Notes: generated by a model from the letters alone, not told the origin. 31,121 nt of DNA from a virus (IMGVR_UViG_3300034025_000136:1-31121); one strand, 5' to 3'; counted from the stretch's first letter, positions 16,617-25,728 are shown. A program made the numbers and translations.

Positions 16617-18176
16617 ATGGCTTCACCATCTTCCAACATTAAGAAGCTTCAGGCCAGGTGGGACGAACTGAAACTCAAAATCAGTTCTGAGCGCCTAACT
16701 GAAGCCAACGAACCCGAACACGAACGGGAAGCCCGCAAGGCCAGGGCGCGGGCTGACTACGGCTTTTTGGTCACTTACTACTTCCCACACTACGCGAAGG
16801 ACAAGGCTGGCAACATTACCCCATCGGCTCCTTTCCATATCAAAGCGGCCAATGAGGTCAAGAATAACCCCATGTTCAAGGGAATATGGGAGTGGTTCAG
16901 GGGTTCGGCAAAGTCGGTGAATGCCGATGTTATCCTACCTATTTGGCTAATGATTCAGGAGCCACGGCAAGTGAATACAATGATGCTGATAGGCAGCAAC
17001 AACAACACGGCCACCCGATTACTTCAGGACGTTCAAGCTGAATTAGAGGTAAACCCGCGCTTGATTAACGACTTTGGGCCGTTCGTGAAGGACGGTTCAT
17101 GGGAACAAGGGGAGTTTGTGACGCTGCAAGGGGTGGCGTTTGTGGCCCTTGGCATGGGTGAAAAGCCCCGTGGTACCCGCTTTGGCAACAGCCGCCCTGA
17201 CCTCATCATCTGTGACGACTTGGATGATGACAAAATGAAAAAGAGCCCTTCCCGCGTTCGGGAATCGGTTGACTGGCTTTACCGGGCCGTGCTGGGCACA
17301 GGCGACACCGGTATTTCTCGCTTTCTGCTGGTGAACAACCGGATTGCTAAAAACGGCATTCTGGCAACGCTGGTGGCCGAACGGCCGCACTGGTATCACA
17401 GCAAGGTCAACGCCTTAGATGAAAACGGGGTGCCGAGTTGGAACCGATACTCCCGTGAATTCTACGATGCACTACGAAAGGACGTGGGCTGGAAAGCCTT
17501 TGAAACCGAGTGGCAAAACGACCCACAAGAAGATGCGGGCGTGTTCGAGCTGGAGGATATTAAGTGGGAAAAGCTGCCCAAAGATTGGACAGACTTTGAC
17601 GCCATTGTGATGTATGGTGACCCCTCTTTTTCCACCGGCAAGAAATCAGACTTCTTTTCAATTCCCGCTTGGGCAAAGTGGGGAAACCGACTGGCAAAGC
17701 TGAAAGTCTACCACCGGCAAGGAGAGACAGCAGGCAAGGCCATTGATTGGTGGTTCAGCTTCTACACCAGCCTTCCGCCGCAATTGCGGGTAAAATTCCG
17801 GTGCTATGTCGAGGCCAACGCTACCCAGAAGCTTTTGCTGAAGCCAGAGATTGATAAGGCAGCCAAGAAATACGGCATTACCAATTTCATTAAATACGAC
17901 ACCGACAAAAAAGGTGACAAAAACGACCGCATAGGTAGCATGACAACTACCTATGAAAATGGTGATGTAGTCTACAACATAGACGAAAAAGATGACCCTG
18001 ACATGATTGCCAGTGTCGAGCAGCTCACAGCATGGGAAGAAGGTGCTGCCCACGATGACGGGCCGGATGCTGACCAATCAGCATGGGAGAAACTACAAAA
18101 AATAGGGCGGCTCAGTGGCCGCAAAAAATCACGCACTGGCACTTTTCGCAAAAACACTTCACGTAGCATGTCATGA
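16617..18176 (+). CDS. terL: Terminase large subunit
   Basis: FRGSAKS (Walker A variant), RPDLIICDDLDD (Walker B), YGDPS nuclease motif, HDDGPDA. Confidence 0.92.
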   Translation: MASPSSNIKKLQARWDELKLKISSERLTEANEPEHEREARKARARADYGFLVTYYFPHYAKDKAGNITPSAPFHIKAANEVKNNPMFKGIWEWFRGSAKSVNADVILPIWLMIQEPRQVNTMMLIGSNNNTATRLLQDVQAELEVNPRLINDFGPFVKDGSWEQGEFVTLQGVAFVALGMGEKPRGTRFGNSRPDLIICDDLDDDKMKKSPSRVRESVDWLYRAVLGTGDTGISRFLLVNNRIAKNGILATLVAERPHWYHSKVNALDENGVPSWNRYSREFYDALRKDVGWKAFETEWQNDPQEDAGVFELEDIKWEKLPKDWTDFDAIVMYGDPSFSTGKKSDFFSIPAWAKWGNRLAKLKVYHRQGETAGKAIDWWFSFYTSLPPQLRVKFRCYVEANATQKLLLKPEIDKAAKKYGITNFIKYDTDKKGDKNDRIGSMTTTYENGDVVYNIDEKDDPDMIASVEQLTAWEEGAAHDDGPDADQSAWEKLQKIGRLSGRKKSRTGTFRKNTSRSMS

Positions 18177-18679
18177 GCTTTTTAACCCACAAAGACTATT
18201 TGGCCCAAATCAGCCAAGAAGATTTAGACACAATTTTAGAAGAAAACCCGGTGCTGGGTGAGGTTCCCACCGATTCTGAAGAAGACCCAGAGGAAGACCC
18301 CGAACCCGCGCCCGAACCAGAACCGTCCATTTTGGAGCTTGCAGAGCGTAGCGCTGAAGCGGAAGTGGCCAGCTACCTACGCGGCCGTTTCGACATGGAA
18401 GCCGCCTTTGCGCTCGCAGGTTCGGCCCGAAATGCCCAACTGGTGATGATTATGGTAGATGTTACCCTGTGGCATTTATTGCCCCGCGTGACGTTTCGCA
18501 TGGTCAGTGAGATTCGGGAAACCCGCTACAAAGCCGCGCTGAAGTGGCTAGAGTTGGCACAGAACGCCAAAAGCAACCCCGATTTACCCCGCTACCCTAC
18601 TGGCTCAGGTAGCACCCCACAAGCCCACCGGCTTTTTCGAGTTGGTAGCCAGCCAGCCCGTTCCCACAGCTTCAACTAG
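18173..18679 (+). CDS. Head-tail adaptor (Mu gp36 / DUF1320-like)
   Basis: AEAEVASYLRGRFD...DVTLWHL...RYKAALKWLE; contains an acidic Pro/Glu insertion. Confidence 0.8.
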   Translation: MSFLTHKDYLAQISQEDLDTILEENPVLGEVPTDSEEDPEEDPEPAPEPEPSILELAERSAEAEVASYLRGRFDMEAAFALAGSARNAQLVMIMVDVTLWHLLPRVTFRMVSEIRETRYKAALKWLELAQNAKSNPDLPRYPTGSGSTPQAHRLFRVGSQPARSHSFN

Positions 18680-18687
18680 CATCACCA

Positions 18688-20811
18688 ATGCAGTCTAATT
18701 ACTTTATCACGTCAACGTCAACCGCACCCAGCGTGCGGTTGGCTGCAAAATCCGACGCCAACGCCAAAAACGGCACCAAAACCGACACGGCCACCATTGC
18801 CGGTGGTAAGAAAGCGAAGCGTGCACCCAGGCTGAAGGACTCGCTAAATACATCCATGCAGCGCACCCGAGCGAAAGCGGAAATGGATTACTTGCGGCGG
18901 GCTGAAGACCAAGCGTTGAACCCTGTGAGGCCGCGCCGTGACCAATTGCTTGCCTTATATCAGTCGATAATGAAGGACAACTACCTGACTGGCCAGATAA
19001 CTACGCTGAAGAACAAGGTGCTGTCTGAGGGCTTCACCATCGTAGACAGAGCCGGCAAGGAACACCCCGAAGTATTGGAGCTATTTGAACGGCCGTGGTT
19101 CAGTGATTTCTTGTCTAGGGTGCTAGATACCGACTTTTACGGGCACACCCTCATCAATTTCGACTACCCGAACGAGGCCGGTGAATTCTACCGTTTCGAC
19201 GTTATACCCCGAAACCAGGTGGTGCCCGAATTTGGCCAGGTGCTACTACGGCCCACCGATGACGTGGGCATACCCTTCAGGGGCATTGATGCCGACTACA
19301 CGAAGCTCTTGATTGAAGTGCGGTTATTTGATGAAGAAGGCAAGGACCATCTTGGCATTCTGCTTAAGGCCGCGCCCGAAGTCATTTGGAAGCGCTACAG
19401 CCGCGCCGATATGTCAAGGCGGTCGGAGAAGTTCGGCATGCCGATACTAGCTCTTGCCACCAGCGCCGTTGAAGAAGACGAGTTATCAGCCCGTGAAGAA
19501 GGTTTGGCCAATGTGGGTGCAAACGGCTGGGTGCTGATTGACGAATCAGAGAAATTGACGGTAGTAGAGTCGAGCAATACCGATGGTTCCAAGATTTACA
19601 CGGCTCTTTCTGAATTGTGTAATAACGAAATAGCCTACTTAATTTCAGGCCAAGTGGCCACCAGCCAGGAAACAGGCAGCCGGGCAGGTGGTGAGGTTCA
19701 TGAACGGGTACAGGAACACTATGTTCAGGCCCGCATGCGGTTCATTTCACAGTACGTGAACTATGAATTGTGGCCCTTCCTGAAGCTTTGGGGCTATCCG
19801 TTGGACGGTTTACACTTCAAATGGCGCAAGTGGATTGACGAGGCCAAAGCCAAAGAAGCCGCGGCCAATGCTCCCAAGCCCACTACCGACCCCGAAAAGG
19901 ACACCCCACCACCGCCCAAGCCCAAAGCCAAGCCTGCCAAAACCAACCTGAGCAACCCGACTTTTAGCGTGGCCGGTGCCTTAACCACACCGGCCACCAC
20001 CGCACCCATTACCCTTGCCGCTGCCGACACCAACCTTTTAAAGCTGTTTAACGACGTTTTAAAGAAGCTTCACACCAATAAGCCCACGGTGAAGAAGATG
20101 CTGAAGTCACCTGAGTTCTTGGCCCTGTACCGGGCCACGGCTGAACAGCTTAGCGAGGGGCTAGAAAACGGCTACGGTCAGAAGATAGCGGCCGTGAAGT
20201 GGAATTCACCAGACGCGGTGCTACTCGGGCGGCTTACTCAGAGCTTGTATGTCTTCAGCGCGAACAAGGACTATCAGCTACTAACCGAGCTGAGTGAACT
20301 GCTGGTGGTAGATGGTGCGGTTAGAAGCTATGCCAGCTTTGAAAGCGAAGCCCTGAAGCTACACCAGGACTACAACGTGAATTGGCTGCGCACCGAGTAC
20401 GACACGGCCGTAGCCACGGGGCAAATGGCTGCCAAGTGGCCCGGCTTCCAAGAAGACAAGGACAAGTATTTTCTGAAGTACACCACCGCCAATGATGACC
20501 GGGTGCGGCCCACCCATAAGGAGTTGGACGGTATTTTACTTCCGGTTGACCATGAATTTTGGAATACCCATTACCCACCGTTGGGCTGGCATTGCCGGTG
20601 CAACGTGGTGCGGGTGCCACGGGCCGGGCGCACAGCCAGCACCCAAAAGGACATTGACGGGTTGAGCATCAAAGCACCTGAGTTCGGCCACAACGCCCCA
20701 AAAACGGGCGTGGTGTTCCCCGATAGCCACCAATACAACAACGTCCCAAAAGACGTGGCCCCGCTGCTCAGGCGCACGGCTTCAGCCGACGCCCCAAAGC
20801 CCACTAAGTAA
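18688..20811 (+). CDS. Portal protein (Mu gp29/DUF935-like) fused to Mu gpF-like head morphogenesis domain
   Basis: Portal: EKFGMP, NNEIAYLISGQ...GSRAGGEVHERV; gpF: WLRTEY...DDRVRPTHKELDG...PPLGWHCRC; one uninterrupted 707-aa frame. Confidence 0.88.
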   Translation: MQSNYFITSTSTAPSVRLAAKSDANAKNGTKTDTATIAGGKKAKRAPRLKDSLNTSMQRTRAKAEMDYLRRAEDQALNPVRPRRDQLLALYQSIMKDNYLTGQITTLKNKVLSEGFTIVDRAGKEHPEVLELFERPWFSDFLSRVLDTDFYGHTLINFDYPNEAGEFYRFDVIPRNQVVPEFGQVLLRPTDDVGIPFRGIDADYTKLLIEVRLFDEEGKDHLGILLKAAPEVIWKRYSRADMSRRSEKFGMPILALATSAVEEDELSAREEGLANVGANGWVLIDESEKLTVVESSNTDGSKIYTALSELCNNEIAYLISGQVATSQETGSRAGGEVHERVQEHYVQARMRFISQYVNYELWPFLKLWGYPLDGLHFKWRKWIDEAKAKEAAANAPKPTTDPEKDTPPPPKPKAKPAKTNLSNPTFSVAGALTTPATTAPITLAAADTNLLKLFNDVLKKLHTNKPTVKKMLKSPEFLALYRATAEQLSEGLENGYGQKIAAVKWNSPDAVLLGRLTQSLYVFSANKDYQLLTELSELLVVDGAVRSYASFESEALKLHQDYNVNWLRTEYDTAVATGQMAAKWPGFQEDKDKYFLKYTTANDDRVRPTHKELDGILLPVDHEFWNTHYPPLGWHCRCNVVRVPRAGRTASTQKDIDGLSIKAPEFGHNAPKTGVVFPDSHQYNNVPKDVAPLLRRTASADAPKPTK

Positions 20812-20951
20812 TGGAAGTGCTACAATTAGTCATCGGATTCATAATCGGCGTAGCCCTCAGCTTGGGGATTTGCTATCTGAACTCAATGCCGAAAGCGCCA
20901 CCTATAGTGGAATCAGAGGAAGATAAAGGCCGTTTTCACTATTACTCTTAA
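20811..20951 (+). CDS. Small single-pass membrane protein (46 aa), not in ORF track
   Basis: TAATG overlap with the portal stop; MEVLQLVIGFIIGVALSLGICYLNSMPKAPPIVESEEDKGRFHYYS*; ends 3 nt before the next ATG. Confidence 0.65.
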   Translation: MEVLQLVIGFIIGVALSLGICYLNSMPKAPPIVESEEDKGRFHYYS

Positions 20952-20954
20952 GAG

Positions 20955-21530
20955 ATGAATAACGACTTCATATCAGACTTACGAATCTTGGCCGGGCAAA
21001 TGAACAAGGTGGTAAAAACCTTGCCCGGCCAAGTTGGGGCACTGGTGTTGGAAAACATCGATGACAATTTTAGGTCACAGAGTTTCGACGGGGCCAAGTG
21101 GAAAGACCGCGCTGCCCCCCCCGCCCGAGGCCGTACCACGAAAGCTGGCAACCGTGATAAGCGGTTCAAACAGGATTCAGGGGAGGGCCGCGCTATTTTG
21201 ATGATGTCAGGCCGCTTGCGCCGTTCCTTCCGAATGGAAGCCAGTGGGCTTGTCATCACCATTCACACCGACGTTCCCTATGCCGAAATTCACAACGAAG
21301 GTGGGGAGGTAAAGCAATCCATCACGGTAACAGCGAAGATGCGGCGGTTCTTTTGGGCCATGTTTGCGGACACGAAAGACGAGAAATGGAAGTTTATGGC
21401 TCTTTCCAAGAACGCCACCATAGAAAGAAGCTTCACAATGCCTAAGCGTCAATTTGTTGGTGAGAATAATACGCTAGACAGAAATATAAATTTTTTGCTA
21501 GAGTCGGAACTAAGCGCAATCTTTGCATGA
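20955..21530 (+). CDS. Virion morphogenesis protein (Mu gpG-like tail completion)
   Basis: NFRSQSFDGAKW...ILMMSGRLRRS...VPYAEIHNEGG...MPKRQFVG. Confidence 0.85.
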   Translation: MNNDFISDLRILAGQMNKVVKTLPGQVGALVLENIDDNFRSQSFDGAKWKDRAAPPARGRTTKAGNRDKRFKQDSGEGRAILMMSGRLRRSFRMEASGLVITIHTDVPYAEIHNEGGEVKQSITVTAKMRRFFWAMFADTKDEKWKFMALSKNATIERSFTMPKRQFVGENNTLDRNINFLLESELSAIFA

Positions 21531-21558
21531 TAGCTCTTACCCCCATCTTTTTCCCCAA

Positions 21559-21816
21559 ATGGCTTACGACAAAACTCTACTAAATGAACGGAACCGGCGC
21601 ATCCGGGCTGACTACAACCGGCTGAAAGCGGAAGAAATCATTATCACTAACCGAGGGGAAAAAGCTGCTATCAAACTCACCTACCGCCAAATTCTGCAAA
21701 CCCTAGAGCACACTCACTGCATTTCGGTTCGCCGGTTAGAAGCCATTGTAGCAGCCACCGAACCCGTAATGGTTCCAATCACCACCGCACCCACCACCCA
21801 ACGCGCCACGGCATGA
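21559..21816 (+). CDS. Mor/C-like HTH transcription regulator
   Basis: RNRRIRADY...ILQTLEHTHCISVRRLEAIV resembles the Mor C-terminal HTH; start moved to ATG 21559. Confidence 0.55.
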   Translation: MAYDKTLLNERNRRIRADYNRLKAEEIIITNRGEKAAIKLTYRQILQTLEHTHCISVRRLEAIVAATEPVMVPITTAPTTQRATA

Positions 21817-22274
21817 AGGAAGTTTTCGCCACCATTGAAGCACATTTGAAAGCCAAAGTGCCAGCCCTAAAGCTAGTAACTCGGTGGAATAATCAGCTAG
21901 GAAACACCGACACAGAAAAGCTGGTGAGGTTTCCAGCTTGCTTTTACCAATTGGTGTCCATCCGTTCCAGCACCCTTGGCCCCGGCATTCAGCACTGTCA
22001 AGGCATCTTGCGGCTACGGTTTGCCGATGCGGCAATGGCAGTGGATAAGCTGAAGACCTACGACGTAGAAGCAGAAGCGTACTTGGCCCTTCAAAACTTC
22101 AATGGTGGCCCGCTGCTATCGGGCCTAGACCGCACCGGGGCTGACCCCGATGACAATTTTGACACCTGTGAAGTGCTGGTGGTTGACTACCAAATCAAGT
22201 ACAAGGATATTACCAAGTATGTATCAAAGTACGTCAGCAGGAATCCAGGGCCAGAAATAATGATTATCGAGTAA
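21813..22274 (+). CDS. Tail terminator-like protein (Mu gp37-like)
   Basis: LKAKVPALKLVTRWNNQL...FPACF pattern; size; neck operon context. Confidence 0.65.
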   Translation: MKEVFATIEAHLKAKVPALKLVTRWNNQLGNTDTEKLVRFPACFYQLVSIRSSTLGPGIQHCQGILRLRFADAAMAVDKLKTYDVEAEAYLALQNFNGGPLLSGLDRTGADPDDNFDTCEVLVVDYQIKYKDITKYVSKYVSRNPGPEIMIIE

Positions 22275-22277
22275 AAC

Positions 22278-22310
22278 AAAAAAGGCCACCCAAACCGGGT
22301 GGCCTTTTTT
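22278..22310. terminator. Bidirectional intrinsic terminator between convergent genes
   Basis: aaaaaaggccaccc-aaacc-gggtggcctttttt. Confidence 0.9.
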
Positions 22311-22328
22311 GATGGAACGTTGCTAGGG

Positions 22329-22772
22329 CTACATATCACCCAGCACGTTGCCTACTTCAACTTCGTAATGGTCGGCACCCTCAATGCCCGTTGACATGAT
22401 ATCAATGGTTTTGGTAGCACCAGCAGCAATGTTGGCCGCGTTCCCAATGCCAGTGCCCACAATGTCATTCTTACCATCATAGTACACGCCTTTCAGGTCG
22501 GCATAGCTAATGAGGTGGTCAGAGTTGTTGCGCACTTTCACATGGATGGTGCGGGCAAATTCGTTGGCCGTTTCGCTCGTTTTGAGAACTTCCAATTCCG
22601 GCCGTTCAGCCGATTCAGGAACACTGGCTTCAGGTGCGGCGGCTTCCGTGCTGGGTGTTTCAGCCAGGGCCGTAGCACCGGCCGCGTCGGCTTTTTTGGG
22701 GTCTGGCAACAGAATGCCAATCAGAATAAATGCGGCGAGAACCACGCCAATGATTTTGAAAAACTTCTTCAT
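22329..22772 (-). CDS. Membrane-anchored FxLYD-domain protein (moron-like)
   Basis: N-terminal TM (IIGVVLAAFILIGILL), Ala/Glu/Pro linker, VRNNSD...YADLKGVYYDGKNDIVG...NIAAGATKT; start ATG 22772. Confidence 0.75.
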   Translation of the reverse strand: MKKFFKIIGVVLAAFILIGILLPDPKKADAAGATALAETPSTEAAAPEASVPESAERPELEVLKTSETANEFARTIHVKVRNNSDHLISYADLKGVYYDGKNDIVGTGIGNAANIAAGATKTIDIMSTGIEGADHYEVEVGNVLGDM

Positions 22773-22805
22773 ATAGTAGAGTTGGTTGAATGATGGAGCT
22801 AAAGT

Positions 22806-22845
22806 AAAGAAAAAGCCCAAGCTACGTGCGCTTGGGCTCTTTTTT
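22806..22845. terminator. Intrinsic terminator ending the early operon
   Basis: agcccaagc-7nt-gcttgggct with A/T tracts on both sides. Confidence 0.8.
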
Positions 22846-22881
22846 AGGGTGGCTTGCGTGTCATTAGAGGGGGTTTATGGT

Positions 22882-23475
22882 TCAGTTTTTGGACACTTTA
22901 ACCGGCTCTTTCCAGATGTTTCGGGCCGAATCATGCCGCCAACCGAGGGAGAACAGGTGCTTCTTATAAGCCATCAGCCGTTCCCCGTCACAGTTCTTGT
23001 AGTAGTCCTTATCAAAGTGGTTGGGCATCCTAGCTGACAGGTCACGGCCGTTCTTCAGGAAATCTTTGGTGACGTTGATGCGGGCCACATAATTCCCAAT
23101 TCTGAAGTCGAGCAACGGGCATTCAAAGAATACCCTGAGCAAATCAGCCGACACCGGTACATTCTTAATGTTGGCCACTTCGTTTTGGGTGGGTTGATAT
23201 GTTACCCCCCGATAGTCACGGTATGCCGCACAGAACATCTTGATTTTGTCTTTCGCCGTGCGGCCCGGCACCAGCTCTACCTTCAGGGTGCTCAGGTCAG
23301 CCGTGGTGATTTCAGCTTCAGACACCGGCAGCCGCTGTAGGAGCCACCCAAGCTGGGTGGGTGTCATCTTGGTATCAGCCACGTCAAACGCGGCCAATTG
23401 GCCTTGTTTATAGCTCAAATAAATTGAGCCGCCGGGTAAGTTAGGAGAGGACGCTTTATAGAGTGTAGTTACCAT
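22882..23475 (-). CDS. Hypothetical phage protein
   Basis: 197-aa ORF tightly packed at the end of the early operon. Confidence 0.75.
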   Translation of the reverse strand: MVTTLYKASSPNLPGGSIYLSYKQGQLAAFDVADTKMTPTQLGWLLQRLPVSEAEITTADLSTLKVELVPGRTAKDKIKMFCAAYRDYRGVTYQPTQNEVANIKNVPVSADLLRVFFECPLLDFRIGNYVARINVTKDFLKNGRDLSARMPNHFDKDYYKNCDGERLMAYKKHLFSLGWRHDSARNIWKEPVKVSKN

Positions 23476-23476
23476 T

Positions 23477-24091
23477 TTAGTAAAGTGATAAGGCCATTTG
23501 GTTTCCTAATCTGGCTAGGCGAGCTTCGTTACCCCACTGTTTGGCCATAGCCAAGGCAATGCCTTCGTAAGTCGTACTCCGAAATTTCCACCTGTCTTCT
23601 GTTGGCGGCGCATTGTGAATATTATGTTCCCGGCCCTCAACAATAGAACTTGGCATCAATCGGGGCAACCCTCTTAGCCAAAGCCCAGTTGCCTTTGTTT
23701 CTCCATGTCCAAATTGCCAAGGTTGAACAACTTGGTTTTGCCGACAGCCGATTAGCTGAACCGCGTGTTTGTGCATGATTGGATTTTCAACACAAATGCG
23801 AGGAATTGGGGCATTAAGCATCATTGCGAAGAATTCCGCCCCCCCCCTCATTTTTTCCCACCGGCCTTCTTCTGTTGTCAGCCACCGAACCCCGCTATTG
23901 CAGAGGTAGGTACAAGGAGGGTGGGCCACCATCATATCCCACCCTTCGTGTAGTATATCCAAAACGCTTCCTTGATAATGGGGGCCAGGTGCATCAGTTG
24001 GCAGTAAATCACAGCTTACGGCATTGTGGCCAGCAGCTATGAAAGCATTACGAACAGCGCCTGAATACTCGCAAGCAATCAGGACTTTCAT
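23477..24091 (-). CDS. Short phage DNA cytosine methyltransferase-like protein
   Basis: MKVLIACEYSG (variant motif I), AHPPCTYL (catalytic PC), VENP (motif VI), QPWQFG...KATGLW. Confidence 0.75.
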   Translation of the reverse strand: MKVLIACEYSGAVRNAFIAAGHNAVSCDLLPTDAPGPHYQGSVLDILHEGWDMMVAHPPCTYLCNSGVRWLTTEEGRWEKMRGGAEFFAMMLNAPIPRICVENPIMHKHAVQLIGCRQNQVVQPWQFGHGETKATGLWLRGLPRLMPSSIVEGREHNIHNAPPTEDRWKFRSTTYEGIALAMAKQWGNEARLARLGNQMALSLY

Positions 24092-24513
24092 GTGGTGAGG
24101 GACTTTAAGAAGTTGTCCCGAACTATCCTGAGCTGACTAACCAGCTTGTTCAGCTCGTCATAGGTGTAATCGTTCAGCCGCTTTTTCCCGTAGCCCCGAG
24201 CTTTGCACCAGTTGTTCAGCCGCACCATATCTACCTTGCCATCAATCAAAGTCCAGCGTAGTTCGTGGGCCATGCTCAGCAGCTTTGCCCGCATCCGGTT
24301 AGCTGATTCAGCTTGGGCTTCGTTGCCACCAGCGGCCAAGGTTTCAAGGTGCTGAATGAGTTTGGCAGCTTCGCTGAACAGCAACTCTTTTGAGCTGGTG
24401 GCATCCTTCGCGCTTACGGCCTGCACAAAGGCTGCCTTTTCTTCCGGCTGAATCCCGAGCTGGTTGATAAGCGCGTGCAGCCGCTTGTTTTGCCAGGGCG
24501 CTACAGGTTGCAT
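24088..24513 (-). CDS. GemA / Mu gp16-like protein
   Basis: KRLHALINQLG...TSSKELLFSEAAKLIQHL...ELNKLVSQL. Confidence 0.6.
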   Translation of the reverse strand: MQPVAPWQNKRLHALINQLGIQPEEKAAFVQAVSAKDATSSKELLFSEAAKLIQHLETLAAGGNEAQAESANRMRAKLLSMAHELRWTLIDGKVDMVRLNNWCKARGYGKKRLNDYTYDELNKLVSQLRIVRDNFLKSLTT

Positions 24514-24893
24514 ATCGTATGAATCTTGCGGGCCGTTTCGGAAAGCGGCCCGTGGTTCAACTCAGAAACCAGCATGTGACACAGGCCGTGGGCTTCAGCC
24601 CACGTGTCCGGCAAAAAGGAAATACGGGCCAATTCGTAGGGTTCCACACCCAGGCCCAAACCTGCTTTACGCCACTGATACAGCCGGAAAATGTGGGTTA
24701 CCCACATATAGCCTTCTGCTAGCTCTACCGCGTCGGTGTCGAACATGCCTTCCGAGGCCAGCACGGGTGGCAACATCATTGCCGATTCGAACTTCTTATT
24801 GACGGTTTGGCTACTCGGTAACAGCACATCACAGGTCAGCACCCCAAAGGGGTATTCGGTTTTAATTCTTTCAATGGTGAAGATTCGACGCAT
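24501..24893 (-). CDS. Hypothetical phage protein
   Basis: Start moved to ATG 24893 (MRRIFT), downstream of the hairpin; overlaps the next gene. Confidence 0.6.
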   Translation of the reverse strand: MRRIFTIERIKTEYPFGVLTCDVLLPSSQTVNKKFESAMMLPPVLASEGMFDTDAVELAEGYMWVTHIFRLYQWRKAGLGLGVEPYELARISFLPDTWAEAHGLCHMLVSELNHGPLSETARKIHTICNL

Positions 24894-24904
24894 GTTGGGG
24901 CTAG

Positions 24905-24942
24905 AAAAAAAGCCCACCACGGGTGGCCCGTGGTGGGCTTTT
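24905..24942. terminator. Intrinsic terminator inside the early operon
   Basis: aaaagcccaccacggg-tgg-cccgtggtgggctttt, with a T7 run on the minus strand. Confidence 0.85.
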
Positions 24943-24945
24943 GGT

Positions 24946-25152
24946 TTATTCTTCGGGTTCTCTGAGTTGATTAGTATGAAGCAAGGCCACATTTTGAGGC
25001 GCTTTATTCTGCTTTTGTGCGTCTATATCGGCCTGTGTGTGTCCGATATAGCACCTATAAAAGCCCGTAAAATCCGGGTGCGGCTCCTTTATTTCGGCCA
25101 ACTGACCTTCGTAAATACCGCTGAAAATCTGCGTTTTGTGGCCCTGTTTCAT
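24946..25152 (-). CDS. Hypothetical protein (KOW/SH3-like)
   Basis: 68 aa; GHKTQIFSGIYEGQLAEI resembles a KOW motif. Confidence 0.55.
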   Translation of the reverse strand: MKQGHKTQIFSGIYEGQLAEIKEPHPDFTGFYRCYIGHTQADIDAQKQNKAPQNVALLHTNQLREPEE

Positions 25153-25168
25153 AGCTAGTGAGTGTGGT

Positions 25169-25678
25169 TTAACCTTCTTGTATCTTTTGCTTTTTGCTCA
25201 GCCTTTTTGGCGTCACGTAAAAAGTCTCGGGTTGCTCGATTTTGATGTTCCGTTTTTTGAAGACGTTGAGCAGGTCAGGCAGCACAGCCAGGGCCATTAT
25301 TAGGCGCTTGTCGTTCACCTTCGTATCAATGGCCCCCGGTGCTGCTTCCTGAACCATTTGCATAAACCATTTCTGGTTTAGGTCTTCAGGGCAAATCAGC
25401 TTCTTATCAAGCAGCTTGAAGCCGATGCTGCCAAAGTCGAGCCCGAGGGTCTTGGTATTACCAAACAGTTCAGCCCGGTTCTCTTTGGCCACTTGCTGAA
25501 GCTCAGTGAACACTTCTTCCATTGCCTCTTTCAGTGGCTTTATGCGGCTTGTTGCAGCCTCATTGATTGCGGCCACTTTACTAGCCAAGTTGGAGTAGCG
25601 CTCTAACAAGCCCAACACCCGTTGCAGCGGGGTTGCGATGGTGGCTACAGCGGTGGTGGTTGCGGTTTCGGTTGACAT
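25169..25678 (-). CDS. gam: Host-nuclease inhibitor Gam family protein
   Basis: N-terminal coiled coil then ENRAELFGNTKTLGLDFGSIGFK...IKIEQPETFYVTPK. Confidence 0.8.
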   Translation of the reverse strand: MSTETATTTAVATIATPLQRVLGLLERYSNLASKVAAINEAATSRIKPLKEAMEEVFTELQQVAKENRAELFGNTKTLGLDFGSIGFKLLDKKLICPEDLNQKWFMQMVQEAAPGAIDTKVNDKRLIMALAVLPDLLNVFKKRNIKIEQPETFYVTPKRLSKKQKIQEG

Positions 25679-25728
25679 TTTGGAAATGGTATAGGGGTTG
25701 AAAAATTGGTTGAATGTTATTTTATGGC

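Noticed and set aside
21494-21525. Possible internal promoter TTTG-N20-AATCTTTG before the Mor-like gene
   Set aside because: Mismatch at the conserved first T of the -7 element and inside coding sequence; too weak to call
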